A DNA stretch of 64,000 nt from an uncultured Chroococcidiopsis sp. (GCA_964248365.1 CAXTYC010000002.1:262547-326546), one strand, 5' to 3'. Shown: positions 18,631-28,357, counted from the first letter of the stretch. A program made the numbers and translations. The notes: generated by a model not told the origin, from the letters alone.

Positions 18631-21210
18631 TCACACTTTTTTCACTCGACAAGCAAAACATTTATAAGCTTGCTGACCGGAAAGGTTGTCATAATACCTG
18701 TCATCTAATAAGTAATTGGCGGCTTCATAGTAGGGAGTTCCGAGTTCTTCAGCCATTTTTTGCATAGGTCCGAACGTATGAGGAACGAAGATTGTATCCT
18801 CACGAATACCTTGCCAAATTTGCGCTGAACCAGTGATAGAACCTCTGGGACTTTCTACAGCGATCGCATCTCCACTTTGAATCCCCGCCGCCGCAGCCGC
18901 TTTGGGGTGGATTTGAATTAGACGAATACCGTTCATTTGCTTGCCAGTATATGTCCACTGTGTAACTGTATGGAAATGCACTACACTCGGTCTACCAATC
19001 ATCCCCATCAGTGGGTACTCTTTGTTTTCCCCTGAAGACACTTTGCCTAACTTAACCTTTCGGGTTAAGGCTTGCGGATTTATTGGGTTTGCTACGAATT
19101 GCTGAGTATATTCTATAGTTGGATTCTTACCTGTCACCTCTGGATGAGTGTAAAAGATCGGTAGGGCTGAGTGTCCAGCCGTCGCCAACTTTTTATCTAG
19201 TTCTAAAGTATAGATTTCTACTTTGCCGCTAGGAGTTAGGAAGCGCCTAATCTTGTTTTGTGGATTGATGGCTGCTGTTCCCTGAACACCAGTATCTTGA
19301 CTCGCACTTTCGGCGTTTCTCAGCGCCAGCCCTTTTACCGCCTCATACCAAGAGGGATGATCTAAATATAACGTGCTAACCCCAGGATGATCTAGGGTAG
19401 GACAAGGCCAGCGCAAAGGTTCTACACGCGCCTCCAGACGTTCTTGAGTCATGCCGCCCATGCCTGGAGTATGCTTGACAAAGGTTGCCCAAAGATTACG
19501 GTAGTCTTTCCATTCTAGGGGAAAATTTTGTGTCCAGTAGGAGGGGGGATTCTTTTTGTCCAATTTAGCCATAGTGTGTGCCAGATCGATCCAAATCTCC
19601 CAATCAGGTTTTGACTCTCCTAAACGGGCTACTGCTTGCTTTTGCCACCGAATTGCGCGATCATCCCGCCGCATATAAACAGTTTCCATTTCAAAACCGC
19701 TACAAACGGGTAAGATAATATCAGCGTAATAGGCAGCTTCTTCCATAAATAAGCCAGTGTAGGCGTAGAAATCTAGCTGGCTGAAGGCAGCTTTTACCTT
19801 ATTTGTATTGGCACAAGCAACCAGGGGATTACCCTGAGTAACGATCGCTTTCAACTTATAGGGAGAAGCAGTTAAAATCGATTCGGCAAAATAATCTGGT
19901 CCTACAGGCAAAGCCACGTCTTTTTTGGGAGAATTACCCTCGATCGCTGGCAAGTTCAATGCCCCAGGCCAAGTATTGTGCATGAAATTGCAGCCGCCGC
20001 CATTCACGCCAATATTACCTGTCACAGCCGCTAAAAATGCCAATGTTCGATAAGTATCAAAGGCGTTTAGTTGATGAGAGATGCCAGCATTACAGAAAAT
20101 TGCCGCAGGTTTGGTTGTAGCGTAATCTTGGGCTATTTGTTTAATTTTGTTAGCTGGTACTCCTGTAACCTTTTCTGCCCATTGGGGTGTGTATTTGTGC
20201 TTTTGGAGATGTTTTTTCAATTCATCGAACCCCAGCACCCATTTTTGCACAAAGGCTTTATCGTGCAAATTCTTGTCCAAAATGTGGTATAGCATAGCTA
20301 GAACCAAAGCTTGGTCAGTATGCGGTTTGGGTGCAATCCATTCGTCTGCTTGCTTTCCTGTGGGTGTCAGCCGAGGATCGACAACTACTAACTTTGCCTT
20401 CGTTTGGGCGCGACTCCTGAGTAGATAGCTAAAGGTGACTGGATGAGTTTCTGCTTGATTTGTGCCTAAAAATAGAAAATACTTAGCACTGCCCAAATCT
20501 TCTTTTCCCGTAGCCCCATCCTTACCGTAGCCGTTGGTGAAATTCCCTAGCCCAAAAGTCCATGCTAAAGCATTTCCGCCAGCATCGTTACACACTGGAC
20601 CAACATCAGTATTATTTGGACTACCCAAAAGAGTGAAAAAACGCTCTACCAGCGAACCTGTGCCGCGTGGTAATCTACCAGAAGTTTTGTTAGCGATCGC
20701 CCGTGCTTCATTAGCATCGCGCAACGCCAGGAATTTGGCGGCAATTGTTTCTAAAGCTTCATCCCACGATATCGGCTCAAATTTAGAATCAGGGGAACCT
20801 TTAGCGCCTGCTACCCGCTTCATCGGACGTGTCAGACGAAAGCGATTATAAACCAGTTGCGTCATCATCGGACCTTTAACGCACAAGCCCCCTGCTTGGA
20901 CGGGATCTTCGGTTTCACCTACAACATTAATGATGCGTCCTTGTTTAAGATGAACTTTGAGGCGACATAGACTGTTGCAGAATTGACAAGCACTGTCTAC
21001 AATCGTATCCGGCTGTAAAGCCCCTGAAGAACTAGTAAAGTCGTATTCGGCGCTAGGAGAATTTGTTGCCGGATAATAACCGTCTGTTGTAGCATCAGCT
21101 TTAGTTGAGGAAAGCAAATTTGGGGCGGCAAGTGCTGTACCAATCGCAGCACCTTGCATAAAACCCCGCCGTGAAATGCCCTGGTGCTGATGCTTCTTTT
21201 TGCTTTTCAT
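18631..21210 (-). CDS. Tat-exported molybdopterin (Mo/W-bisPGD) oxidoreductase, DMSO-reductase superfamily, with N-terminal [4Fe-4S] cluster; substrate unknown
   Basis: Twin-arginine SRRGFMQG plus A-x-A cleavage site (KADA), CQFCNSLC...LCVKG cluster motif, ISWDEAL, putative Mo-ligand Cys in GPVCNDAG, GTNQAETHP, VVVDPRLT, ADIILP, FLTPSGKVEI, and the C-terminal dinucleotide-binding domain (IHP..A...GIQSGD...VESPRGSI). Confidence 0.93.
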   Translation of the reverse strand: MKSKKKHQHQGISRRGFMQGAAIGTALAAPNLLSSTKADATTDGYYPATNSPSAEYDFTSSSGALQPDTIVDSACQFCNSLCRLKVHLKQGRIINVVGETEDPVQAGGLCVKGPMMTQLVYNRFRLTRPMKRVAGAKGSPDSKFEPISWDEALETIAAKFLALRDANEARAIANKTSGRLPRGTGSLVERFFTLLGSPNNTDVGPVCNDAGGNALAWTFGLGNFTNGYGKDGATGKEDLGSAKYFLFLGTNQAETHPVTFSYLLRSRAQTKAKLVVVDPRLTPTGKQADEWIAPKPHTDQALVLAMLYHILDKNLHDKAFVQKWVLGFDELKKHLQKHKYTPQWAEKVTGVPANKIKQIAQDYATTKPAAIFCNAGISHQLNAFDTYRTLAFLAAVTGNIGVNGGGCNFMHNTWPGALNLPAIEGNSPKKDVALPVGPDYFAESILTASPYKLKAIVTQGNPLVACANTNKVKAAFSQLDFYAYTGLFMEEAAYYADIILPVCSGFEMETVYMRRDDRAIRWQKQAVARLGESKPDWEIWIDLAHTMAKLDKKNPPSYWTQNFPLEWKDYRNLWATFVKHTPGMGGMTQERLEARVEPLRWPCPTLDHPGVSTLYLDHPSWYEAVKGLALRNAESASQDTGVQGTAAINPQNKIRRFLTPSGKVEIYTLELDKKLATAGHSALPIFYTHPEVTGKNPTIEYTQQFVANPINPQALTRKVKLGKVSSGENKEYPLMGMIGRPSVVHFHTVTQWTYTGKQMNGIRLIQIHPKAAAAAGIQSGDAIAVESPRGSITGSAQIWQGIREDTIFVPHTFGPMQKMAEELGTPYYEAANYLLDDRYYDNLSGQQAYKCFACRVKKV

Positions 21211-21221
21211 TTACAGTATCC

Positions 21222-22190
21222 TTAACAGCAACCACCGCCGTTATAGTACCAGGTAGAATCTGTAATTAATATCTCTTTTGGCTGTGATGCTGCGAGTTTA
21301 GCCGCTGTCTTATCACATACTGCTGCTGGTACGCCCCGTTGTAAAATATGCCCAGCCGAGTCATCAAACACAGATTCTAAACCTGTATAAATAGCAGTCT
21401 TACCAGTGAAAATGCAAGCACCATCGGGGGGAATGGGAACTTTGAAAGACACCGAATCAAGACTTTCTAAAAGCAGATTTTCTTCTAGATTATAAGTATG
21501 ACAATCTAGCAAACGATAAGGGCGACGGGCGCGAATTTCAATTTGTCCAAAGCCAGCATCAACAATTCGTTGAGTATATTCTTGATAGGTAAGTGCGCCA
21601 GATAGACACATGGCGCGTAGGCGTTCATCTTGTTGCAGATGGGTAGGGATGGGACGAGTAGCGATCGGATCGCTCATCTGCAAGCGTCCGCCTGGTTTTA
21701 GCACTCGATATGCTTCTTGCAAAGCACGAGTTAAATCTTCCGGTTGGAAGATGTTGAATAAACAATTTTGTGCCAATACATCGACGGAAGCATCAGGAAC
21801 AGGTAGATTAAATGCATCACCTGCGCGAATCTCGACAAAGCTGGTGTCAAACCAGGGGTTATCTTCGACGGCACAAGCCAAGTTACTAGATGCCGCTTCA
21901 CGCATCGCTGCAACGGGATCGACAGCAATCACACCACCAGGACGGCGGGAAAAATAAGCAAATTGCAATGCTTCTAAACCACCGCCAACGCCTACATATA
22001 AAACAGTCGGGGAGTTAACAAGTTCTGCTGGGTGGACAGTCGTACCACAGCCATAGTTCATTTCCTGCATTTTACAGGGAATTTTTAGCCCTGGTAATTG
22101 CAGAGAACCGCTTTGAACGCAGCACAAACCAACTTCGGGTGTTTGTGCGACTTCGGAGTAAAATTGTGCAGTTGTTTCTAAATAGCTCAT
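21222..22190 (-). CDS. arsM: Arsenite S-adenosylmethionine methyltransferase (arsenosugar-type ArsM)
   Basis: GLCC, MNYGCGTTV, VLYVGVGGGLE, QNCLFNI, LKPGGRL.MSDP, AMCLSGAL and terminal GGGCC. The Cys pattern matches ArsM, and it lies in an operon with arsS. Confidence 0.85.
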   Translation of the reverse strand: MSYLETTAQFYSEVAQTPEVGLCCVQSGSLQLPGLKIPCKMQEMNYGCGTTVHPAELVNSPTVLYVGVGGGLEALQFAYFSRRPGGVIAVDPVAAMREAASSNLACAVEDNPWFDTSFVEIRAGDAFNLPVPDASVDVLAQNCLFNIFQPEDLTRALQEAYRVLKPGGRLQMSDPIATRPIPTHLQQDERLRAMCLSGALTYQEYTQRIVDAGFGQIEIRARRPYRLLDCHTYNLEENLLLESLDSVSFKVPIPPDGACIFTGKTAIYTGLESVFDDSAGHILQRGVPAAVCDKTAAKLAASQPKEILITDSTWYYNGGGCC

Positions 22191-22266
22191 ACAATTTTGG
22201 ATTGGTAGTTGGTAATTGGTAATTGGTAGTTGGTAGTTGCTTTTTAATTACCGATTAGCCTTGATT

Positions 22267-22938
22267 TTAAATTTGTTCAGGTTCAGCCGTCTGTCCTAGT
22301 CGTGGTTCAGTTCCTGCAAGTAAACGTTGAATATTGCTGCGGTGTCGCCAAATCACATATAAACCGCCAGCTATGCCAAATAGTACATAAGGTAACGGTT
22401 GACCGAATAATAGCATTAGCACACCAACTGCGATCGCACCTGCAATTGAACCCAGAGATACAATCCGCGACAGTGCCAACACACAGCCAAAAACCGCTAC
22501 AGTGGCTAAAGCTACCAGCCAACTCATTGCCAATAATACACCTAAACTAGTAGCAACAGATTTCCCGCCACTAAACCCTAGCCAGATTGATTTACTGTGT
22601 CCAATCACGGCAGCTAACCCAGCCCCAGTTACCATCCAGCCAAGCCACAGATGAGCATTAATTGCCTGTGGAATAATATTGTTGCTAGCAGCAAAGATGA
22701 ATACCTGGTAGACGAGAGCGATCGCCAATACTCCTTTCAACATATCAACAATTAAAACCAACAGCCCAGGACCTTTGCCCAAAGTTCTCAAAACATTGGT
22801 CGCCCCAGTTGAACCAGAACCATGTTCCCGAATATCAATTCCTTTTAGTAGTCTTGCTGCTATATAACCAGTTGGAATAGAACCCAAAAGGTATGCCACT
22901 AGTAAAATCGCCGTACACAAAGTTAACCAGACAGCCAT
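22267..22938 (-). CDS. plsY: Glycerol-3-phosphate 1-O-acyltransferase PlsY
   Basis: YLLGSIP, DIREHGSGSTGATNVLR, DMLKG, GGKSVATSLG and HRSNIQRLLAGTEP motifs. Confidence 0.95.
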   Translation of the reverse strand: MAVWLTLCTAILLVAYLLGSIPTGYIAARLLKGIDIREHGSGSTGATNVLRTLGKGPGLLVLIVDMLKGVLAIALVYQVFIFAASNNIIPQAINAHLWLGWMVTGAGLAAVIGHSKSIWLGFSGGKSVATSLGVLLAMSWLVALATVAVFGCVLALSRIVSLGSIAGAIAVGVLMLLFGQPLPYVLFGIAGGLYVIWRHRSNIQRLLAGTEPRLGQTAEPEQI

Positions 22939-22939
22939 A

Positions 22940-23110
22940 GTGAGGGGGAGAGGGAGAGGGGGAGAGTGGGAATCAGGGGAGAGTGGGAGAGTGGGAATCA
23001 GGGGAGATGGACAAGATGAAAACTATTCTGTCTTCTGTCTCCTGACTTCTGACTCCACAACTCCTGACTTCTGACGTGGAGACTTCTGACTTCTCACCTC
23101 CTCACCCCTT
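22940..23110. repeat. Composite STRR block (GGGAGAGT / TTCTGAC / CTCCACAACTCCTGACTTCTG)
   Basis: A near-identical modular block occurs at ~48150-48310. Confidence 0.7.
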
Positions 23111-23114
23111 CTAA

Positions 23115-24428
23115 TTAAAAGTCAAAATCGTCTCTTCTACCTGTTTGTGGATCGGGGGCAAAAGCTAGCAATAGAGGGAATTGCAACAAAGAAAGACTGA
23201 TTTTGTCTTCCGAATCGTCAACAATAATCAGGGGCATCTGATTAGCTTTTATCAGACGTTCTGCTGTTCTAGCAACTCCTTCAGGTGATTCCGATAAGAC
23301 TACACCTCGATCTGCACCGAAATCACCGCGAGAAATGCCCAAGCAGTCTTGTAAACCTCGTCGCCAATCTCCTAGCCGTTCAGGTGTATTAGCTAAAACC
23401 AGAACGCGCAAGCGGGTATCATACAGGGTGTATAAGACGGAGATAATGGCTGAGCTAATTAGAACATTCTGCAAGCGGCTACCCATGCTACGCAAAGCGC
23501 CTCTTCCTCCTTGTTTGAAAAACCAGTCAGCAACTTTTTCTGCTTGGGCTGGTTCAAACGTGCGGCGTAGTTGCCAAGGGGGTCCATAATAATCTGGCTT
23601 GCTACGGTATTGATCGAGCAGACGGCGAATTTGCTTTGTAGTTGATTGAAATCGCTGTTCGGTAAATTGTGGTGCTGAGGGTTGTGTTTCAACTTCAAGT
23701 CTAGGCTGTTTAACCGCACTTTGCCCGATTTGTGGTTCTGGTTTAGCCTTTGGCACTAATTCCAGCTGTTCTGCTGCTGCTGCCAAATCTTGTAAGCTGC
23801 CTGTGAGGTAATCTTTAAAACCCTGTACCCGAATTGCTAAGTCTTGGGAAGTGCCAGCAAAAGTTGTTCGCATTTCTGCGCGAATGCGTTCTTGTCGTCT
23901 TTCTAGCTGTTCGATCGCAAGTTGCAGCGATTGTTTGCGTTGTTCTAGGTGAACTAAAGCCTCTTGCACCACTCGTCCCATTGCGGTTTGAGTTTGAGCG
24001 ATTTGTTCAGACAATTGCTGATGGGTTTGTTGCAGGTTGGCTATTTCCTGTTTAAGGTCTTGTTCCTGGCCTTGCAACTGAGCTATTCGTTGCTCTGCTG
24101 CCAATTGTGCCTGATCCTCTAATTCTTCTATCTCTTCTACTATTGAAATGTTTTTCTCTAGCTCTGCCAAAAAATCAACTGCTGCATCTTCTTGTGAGCG
24201 ATCGCTCGTCTTATTTAGCTCTTCGGAATCAAAATCAAAGTTTAGATCAGCTACGTCCGCTAAATTTTCTTTGTCTATTGATGTAGCTGGTAATACGTTT
24301 GCTAAATTTTCCTGTTGCAATTCTTCCAAGGATGTATCTTCTGCTGATGATAATTTAAAACTTGTCTTTTGAGCCGCGTCCAACGGCTGGGTATTTAGGT
24401 TTGGAGTTTGAGATTCGTCTGCATTCAT
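23115..24428 (-). CDS. DUF3086 family protein
   Basis: Acidic N-terminus and coiled coil, with FAGTSQDLAIRVQGFKDYL and PDYYGPPWQLRRTFE motifs. Confidence 0.85.
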   Translation of the reverse strand: MNADESQTPNLNTQPLDAAQKTSFKLSSAEDTSLEELQQENLANVLPATSIDKENLADVADLNFDFDSEELNKTSDRSQEDAAVDFLAELEKNISIVEEIEELEDQAQLAAEQRIAQLQGQEQDLKQEIANLQQTHQQLSEQIAQTQTAMGRVVQEALVHLEQRKQSLQLAIEQLERRQERIRAEMRTTFAGTSQDLAIRVQGFKDYLTGSLQDLAAAAEQLELVPKAKPEPQIGQSAVKQPRLEVETQPSAPQFTEQRFQSTTKQIRRLLDQYRSKPDYYGPPWQLRRTFEPAQAEKVADWFFKQGGRGALRSMGSRLQNVLISSAIISVLYTLYDTRLRVLVLANTPERLGDWRRGLQDCLGISRGDFGADRGVVLSESPEGVARTAERLIKANQMPLIIVDDSEDKISLSLLQFPLLLAFAPDPQTGRRDDFDF

Positions 24429-24505
24429 AAAAATTACTGCTATTGGTAGGGCAAAAAATCAAAACCGCTCCCCTAATTCCCACTCTCCCCTGATTCCCAC
24501 TCTTC

Positions 24506-24904
24506 CTAGTCCCTAGCCTCTCCTCTAGGACAGCGTTGTTCTAGGCAAGTTTGCAACATCTTGGGGTCAAACAGAATTGGCAGAAAATGGATGCTATTAA
24601 CTTCTTTGAAGTAGAACAGAATGGGAAAGCTCGACCAGAAAATCTGCCAGTTTTGCCATTCTTGATAAGGGAAGCGGCGGATAAGGGTTTCTCCTCGATA
24701 AATATCTAGTGCAGAAGGGGTAAATTGCAGCCGCAGTGTTACAGCTTGAAACATCAGAAACAAGCCAAATAGAGCGATCGCTCCTCCCGCTGGAACCCAA
24801 AAAAATAGCACTGGAATAGCAGCAATTACTAATACCAAGGGCAGCGTGTAACTCGGAGCGAGTTGAACAGTTGATGCTAAGGTTGATGGGTTGGAAGTAG
24901 TCAC
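24506..24904 (-). CDS. DUF3119 family membrane protein
   Basis: FPYQEWQNW.IFW..FPILFYFKEVNSIHFLPILFD motif. Confidence 0.85.
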   Translation of the reverse strand: MTTSNPSTLASTVQLAPSYTLPLVLVIAAIPVLFFWVPAGGAIALFGLFLMFQAVTLRLQFTPSALDIYRGETLIRRFPYQEWQNWQIFWSSFPILFYFKEVNSIHFLPILFDPKMLQTCLEQRCPRGEARD

Positions 24905-24965
24905 AATTTTAAATCCTGCCCTAATAATAGACTTTGCTTTATTCCTATTTTAGAAGGTCAAGCCT

Positions 24966-25763
24966 TTATAAAGTTCTAAGGACGGCACTACCAAGACCCT
25001 GAAACATCACCCAAGATAAGAAAAAGTTAGCAATAAAGATAGTCAGTAATGCCGTTACTACAGCAGTTGTTGTAGATTGTCCTACTCCCTTAGCTCCGCC
25101 CGTTGTTGTCAAACCCCAGCTGCAACCAATCACAGCTATCATTGCCCCAAAGCAAGCTGCTTTAACCATAGCGCTCCAAATATCCGAGATATTAAGGAAA
25201 GTTCGAGCTGAGTCTAAAAATGCACTTTGGGAAAGGTTGTACAAATTAGTTGCTATCAGCAATCCGCCAAACATCCCTGTCAGTAGGGACATTAGGGTCA
25301 AAACTGGCAACATTAGGCAACAAGCAATTAAGCGGGGAATTACCAGGTAATCAATTGGATCTGTTTTGAGCATATACATAGCATCTATTTGCTCTGTCAC
25401 TCGCATCGTTCCAATTTCTGCCGCGAATGCCGATCCGACTCTTCCCGCCAAGACAACTGCTGTCAGGACGGGGGCGAGTTCCCTTGTTAAGGCTAGCGCC
25501 AGTACTCCACCTACAGTGTTAGCAGCACCAAAACGAATAAATTCTCGTGCTACTTGAATAGTAAAAACTGCACCGACAAAAATAGCTGTTACTAAAGCAA
25601 TCAGCAGCGAGTCTGGTCCTACTACTGCCATCTGTTCGATTGTGTTGCGTCGGTTGATTTTACCCTGAAGCAGGTGAATCACCACTTGCCCACCCAGCAA
25701 AATTGCTGCTAGTAGTCGCGCACTCCATGCTCCCAAACTTGAACCGGATTTTGCTTCACTCAA
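24966..25763 (-). CDS. mlaE: MlaE/Ycf63 family lipid ABC transporter permease
   Basis: RELAPVLTAVVLAGRVGSAFAAEIGTMRVTEQIDA and GGAKGVGQSTTTAVV motifs. Confidence 0.92.
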   Translation of the reverse strand: MSEAKSGSSLGAWSARLLAAILLGGQVVIHLLQGKINRRNTIEQMAVVGPDSLLIALVTAIFVGAVFTIQVAREFIRFGAANTVGGVLALALTRELAPVLTAVVLAGRVGSAFAAEIGTMRVTEQIDAMYMLKTDPIDYLVIPRLIACCLMLPVLTLMSLLTGMFGGLLIATNLYNLSQSAFLDSARTFLNISDIWSAMVKAACFGAMIAVIGCSWGLTTTGGAKGVGQSTTTAVVTALLTIFIANFFLSWVMFQGLGSAVLRTL

Positions 25764-26145
25764 GATGCTAATACTATATAAATACCTGGGTTAAGAATAA
25801 CCAATTACCATTCGTTTTGAATTAATTTCCGCAAAAATATTACTTACCACAATTAATTCATTTTGTCAATATTTTAAGTACTTTTAAGTTAATCTCAGAA
25901 TTACCAGGTAATTCTAAGATTGTAATTCCCCTTGTTGGGTTGCCCCTAGCCTCTGGTTCCTCTTGCCCCCTCTTAACTTATCTATTAAACGGTTAATATC
26001 ACTTTGAACTAGTAGACAAATCTTTTAATATTAACTTAAGATTTTTGAAATTTGCAGCCCCTAGCTGGGATCGCTTTTATCGTAGAAAGTGGCAAGCATA
26101 GCGCTTATTGCCATTGTCACGATAATTGACAAACATGGTGTGCTG

Positions 26146-26439
26146 ATGAGCATATTGCCCAACTTCCTCCGCTCGCTGCTGCTGACAATTATTTTCAGCT
26201 TTGTTACCCCCATGTTATTCATCGGTGGGGGATTGATGATTGTATTCCTACTGGGCTACGTTCCTGGCTTACAAGCAGTAGGCGGGGCGATCGCCCTGTC
26301 GATGACGCAGTTTTTAGCCACCTTTGGCAGTGGCAGTGCCTTTCACGGATTAGTAGTAATTGGTTTCACTTGTAGCTTGGTAGGAGCTTTGTTTGATACC
26401 TATGCCTTCTACCGCTATCAAAACCTACGCGGTGACTAG
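26146..26439 (+). CDS. Conserved cyanobacterial small membrane protein
   Basis: MSILPNFLRSLLLTIIFSF...FLATFGSG...VGALFDTYAFYR, hydrophobic. ATG 26146 is preferred over GTG 26089. Confidence 0.7.
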   Translation: MSILPNFLRSLLLTIIFSFVTPMLFIGGGLMIVFLLGYVPGLQAVGGAIALSMTQFLATFGSGSAFHGLVVIGFTCSLVGALFDTYAFYRYQNLRGD

Positions 26440-26535
26440 CTAGTGGCGAGATAAAGGTTGAAGGTTAAAGGTTAAAGGTTAAAGGTTAAAGGTTGAAATT
26501 TCTAACTTCACACTTCTAACTTCACACTTCTAACT

Positions 26536-28182
26536 TCATACTTTGACGGTAGCTGGTTCTAAGGTGGCGATTAACTTCACACCAAATTCAGCCTCGAACG
26601 GCGCTTTTTTGTAATCCAAACTCCACAGTTCTAGAGCGCAGTCTTCATCGGGTTGAGATAGTTGCAAGTGCAAGTACAATTCCCTTTCTTCTGGACGGTA
26701 TTCACATTCTACTTGCCCCACTGCACCAATTTGACGGCGATCGAGAGCAACAGCTATTCTAAGCAAAGCACTCAATTGATTGACTATCTGCCGATGCTCT
26801 TTACTGGGCAAGTTGCGATAGTTCTCATGCTTTTTCTTGGGAGTGCTTTTACGGTGGTAGCGGGCAATATTGGCAATGATTTCAATTTCGGTTTCGGTGT
26901 AGCCTAGTAATTCCCCATTCCGAATTAAATAATAAGAGTGTTTGTGATGGGAAGAATGACTGACAAAATGACCGCAGTTGTGGAGAATTGCAGCTGCCCA
27001 GAGCAGCTCTTGTTCTTCTAAACCGCCTGTGTGTAGTATGCCTTGGGTTTGGTTAAACAACGTCATGGCGAATGTTGCCACGCGATCGCTATATTCTAAA
27101 TTTACCTGGTACTTCTGCGCCGTTTTAATTACACTTCGCTGTCGCACAGAACTTTGATAGCGCAGTCTGTCTTCAATTAAGCCATGACTGAGCATCCAGT
27201 CAACGATTACTCCTTCACGAAGACTTCGCTCACACAATACTAGCGACTCGATTCTCAATAGCGCCATCGCTTCTTGTAGGATCACCGCTCCTGCTAGAAT
27301 AATTTCAGAGCGTCGATCTGCCATCCCTGGAATTGCTGCTCTTTCTGCATTATTCAACTTCCGCAAGCGATTGACTAATTCCCGTAAGTCTTTGAGACTT
27401 AGCTCGTAGCCACTCAGGGGCGAAGGAACTGTACCTAATTTTTCTCTGGCTACAATTGTCGCCAGCGTTTCAATCGTGCCAGCAGTTCCCACCAAACGCG
27501 GCAATTCTTCTGGCTGCAAGTGTGCCTGTAACTCTTCGACAGGGCGCTCTAACATTCCCCGCACATAAGCTTGCAAAAACTGAAACTCGGCGTTGCTGAT
27601 CGGATCTGTACTAATACGTTCAGCAGTTAATCGTACTGCACCTACTTTGGTACTGCTCAAGAAACGCGGTTCATGACTATCACCCAGAATTAACTCTGTC
27701 GAACCACCGCCAATATCAATAATGATATGAGGATGATTGTTGAATTCCATCCCCGACAGCACACCTAGATAAATGCGACGGGCTTCTTCTTGTCCTGAAA
27801 TCAAGTCAACGCTCAAACCCAAGTGAGCTTCTATCTGTTGCAAAAAATCTCTACCATTGGGGGCTTCCCGCACGGCGCTGGTTGCAACAGCAATGATCGA
27901 TTGTGCGTTTAGACTTTTAGCAATTTCTAGGAACCGCTGCAAGGTGGCGATCGCTCGTTCCATCACTTCTGGTTTGAGTTCTCCAGTTTCCGAGTGGCGA
28001 TCGCCTAATCTAACAGTATCTTTCTCTCTGTCAATAATACTAAAAGCTGGCAGCGTCGGTTCAACCCGCACTACTACCATATGTAGGGAATTAGTCCCTA
28101 AATCAATAGCAGCCAGAATTTGTTCTTTGTCTATTACTTGAGTTGGAATACTCAGCCAACTGGTAGAAATTGAATTAACCAT
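26536..28182 (-). CDS. ppx: Exopolyphosphatase Ppx/GppA
   Basis: AAIDLGTNSLH, ATSAVREA.NG, ISGQEEAR, DIGGGSTE, LREG motifs and an HD-like C-terminal domain. Confidence 0.95.
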   Translation of the reverse strand: MVNSISTSWLSIPTQVIDKEQILAAIDLGTNSLHMVVVRVEPTLPAFSIIDREKDTVRLGDRHSETGELKPEVMERAIATLQRFLEIAKSLNAQSIIAVATSAVREAPNGRDFLQQIEAHLGLSVDLISGQEEARRIYLGVLSGMEFNNHPHIIIDIGGGSTELILGDSHEPRFLSSTKVGAVRLTAERISTDPISNAEFQFLQAYVRGMLERPVEELQAHLQPEELPRLVGTAGTIETLATIVAREKLGTVPSPLSGYELSLKDLRELVNRLRKLNNAERAAIPGMADRRSEIILAGAVILQEAMALLRIESLVLCERSLREGVIVDWMLSHGLIEDRLRYQSSVRQRSVIKTAQKYQVNLEYSDRVATFAMTLFNQTQGILHTGGLEEQELLWAAAILHNCGHFVSHSSHHKHSYYLIRNGELLGYTETEIEIIANIARYHRKSTPKKKHENYRNLPSKEHRQIVNQLSALLRIAVALDRRQIGAVGQVECEYRPEERELYLHLQLSQPDEDCALELWSLDYKKAPFEAEFGVKLIATLEPATVKV

Positions 28183-28357
28183 CTAGATGTATTAGCGTTG
28201 TCAACCAGCGCCCTGGTGTAGAAAAATAAAATATTCTATAAACTGTTAGCTGTTAGCTGGCTTGGTAACTGGTAGTTGGTAATTGCGCGCCTGGTAACTG
28301 ATAACTGGTAACTGGTCACTGATAACTGATAACTGTATATAGTTATTTTTCCATATT

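Noticed and set aside
19262..19335. Segment KGLALRNAESASQDTGVQGT in the Mo enzyme as a possible inserted element or intein
   Set aside because: Too short for an intein, lacks splice motifs and matches no repeat in this window. It cannot be judged without homologue alignment.
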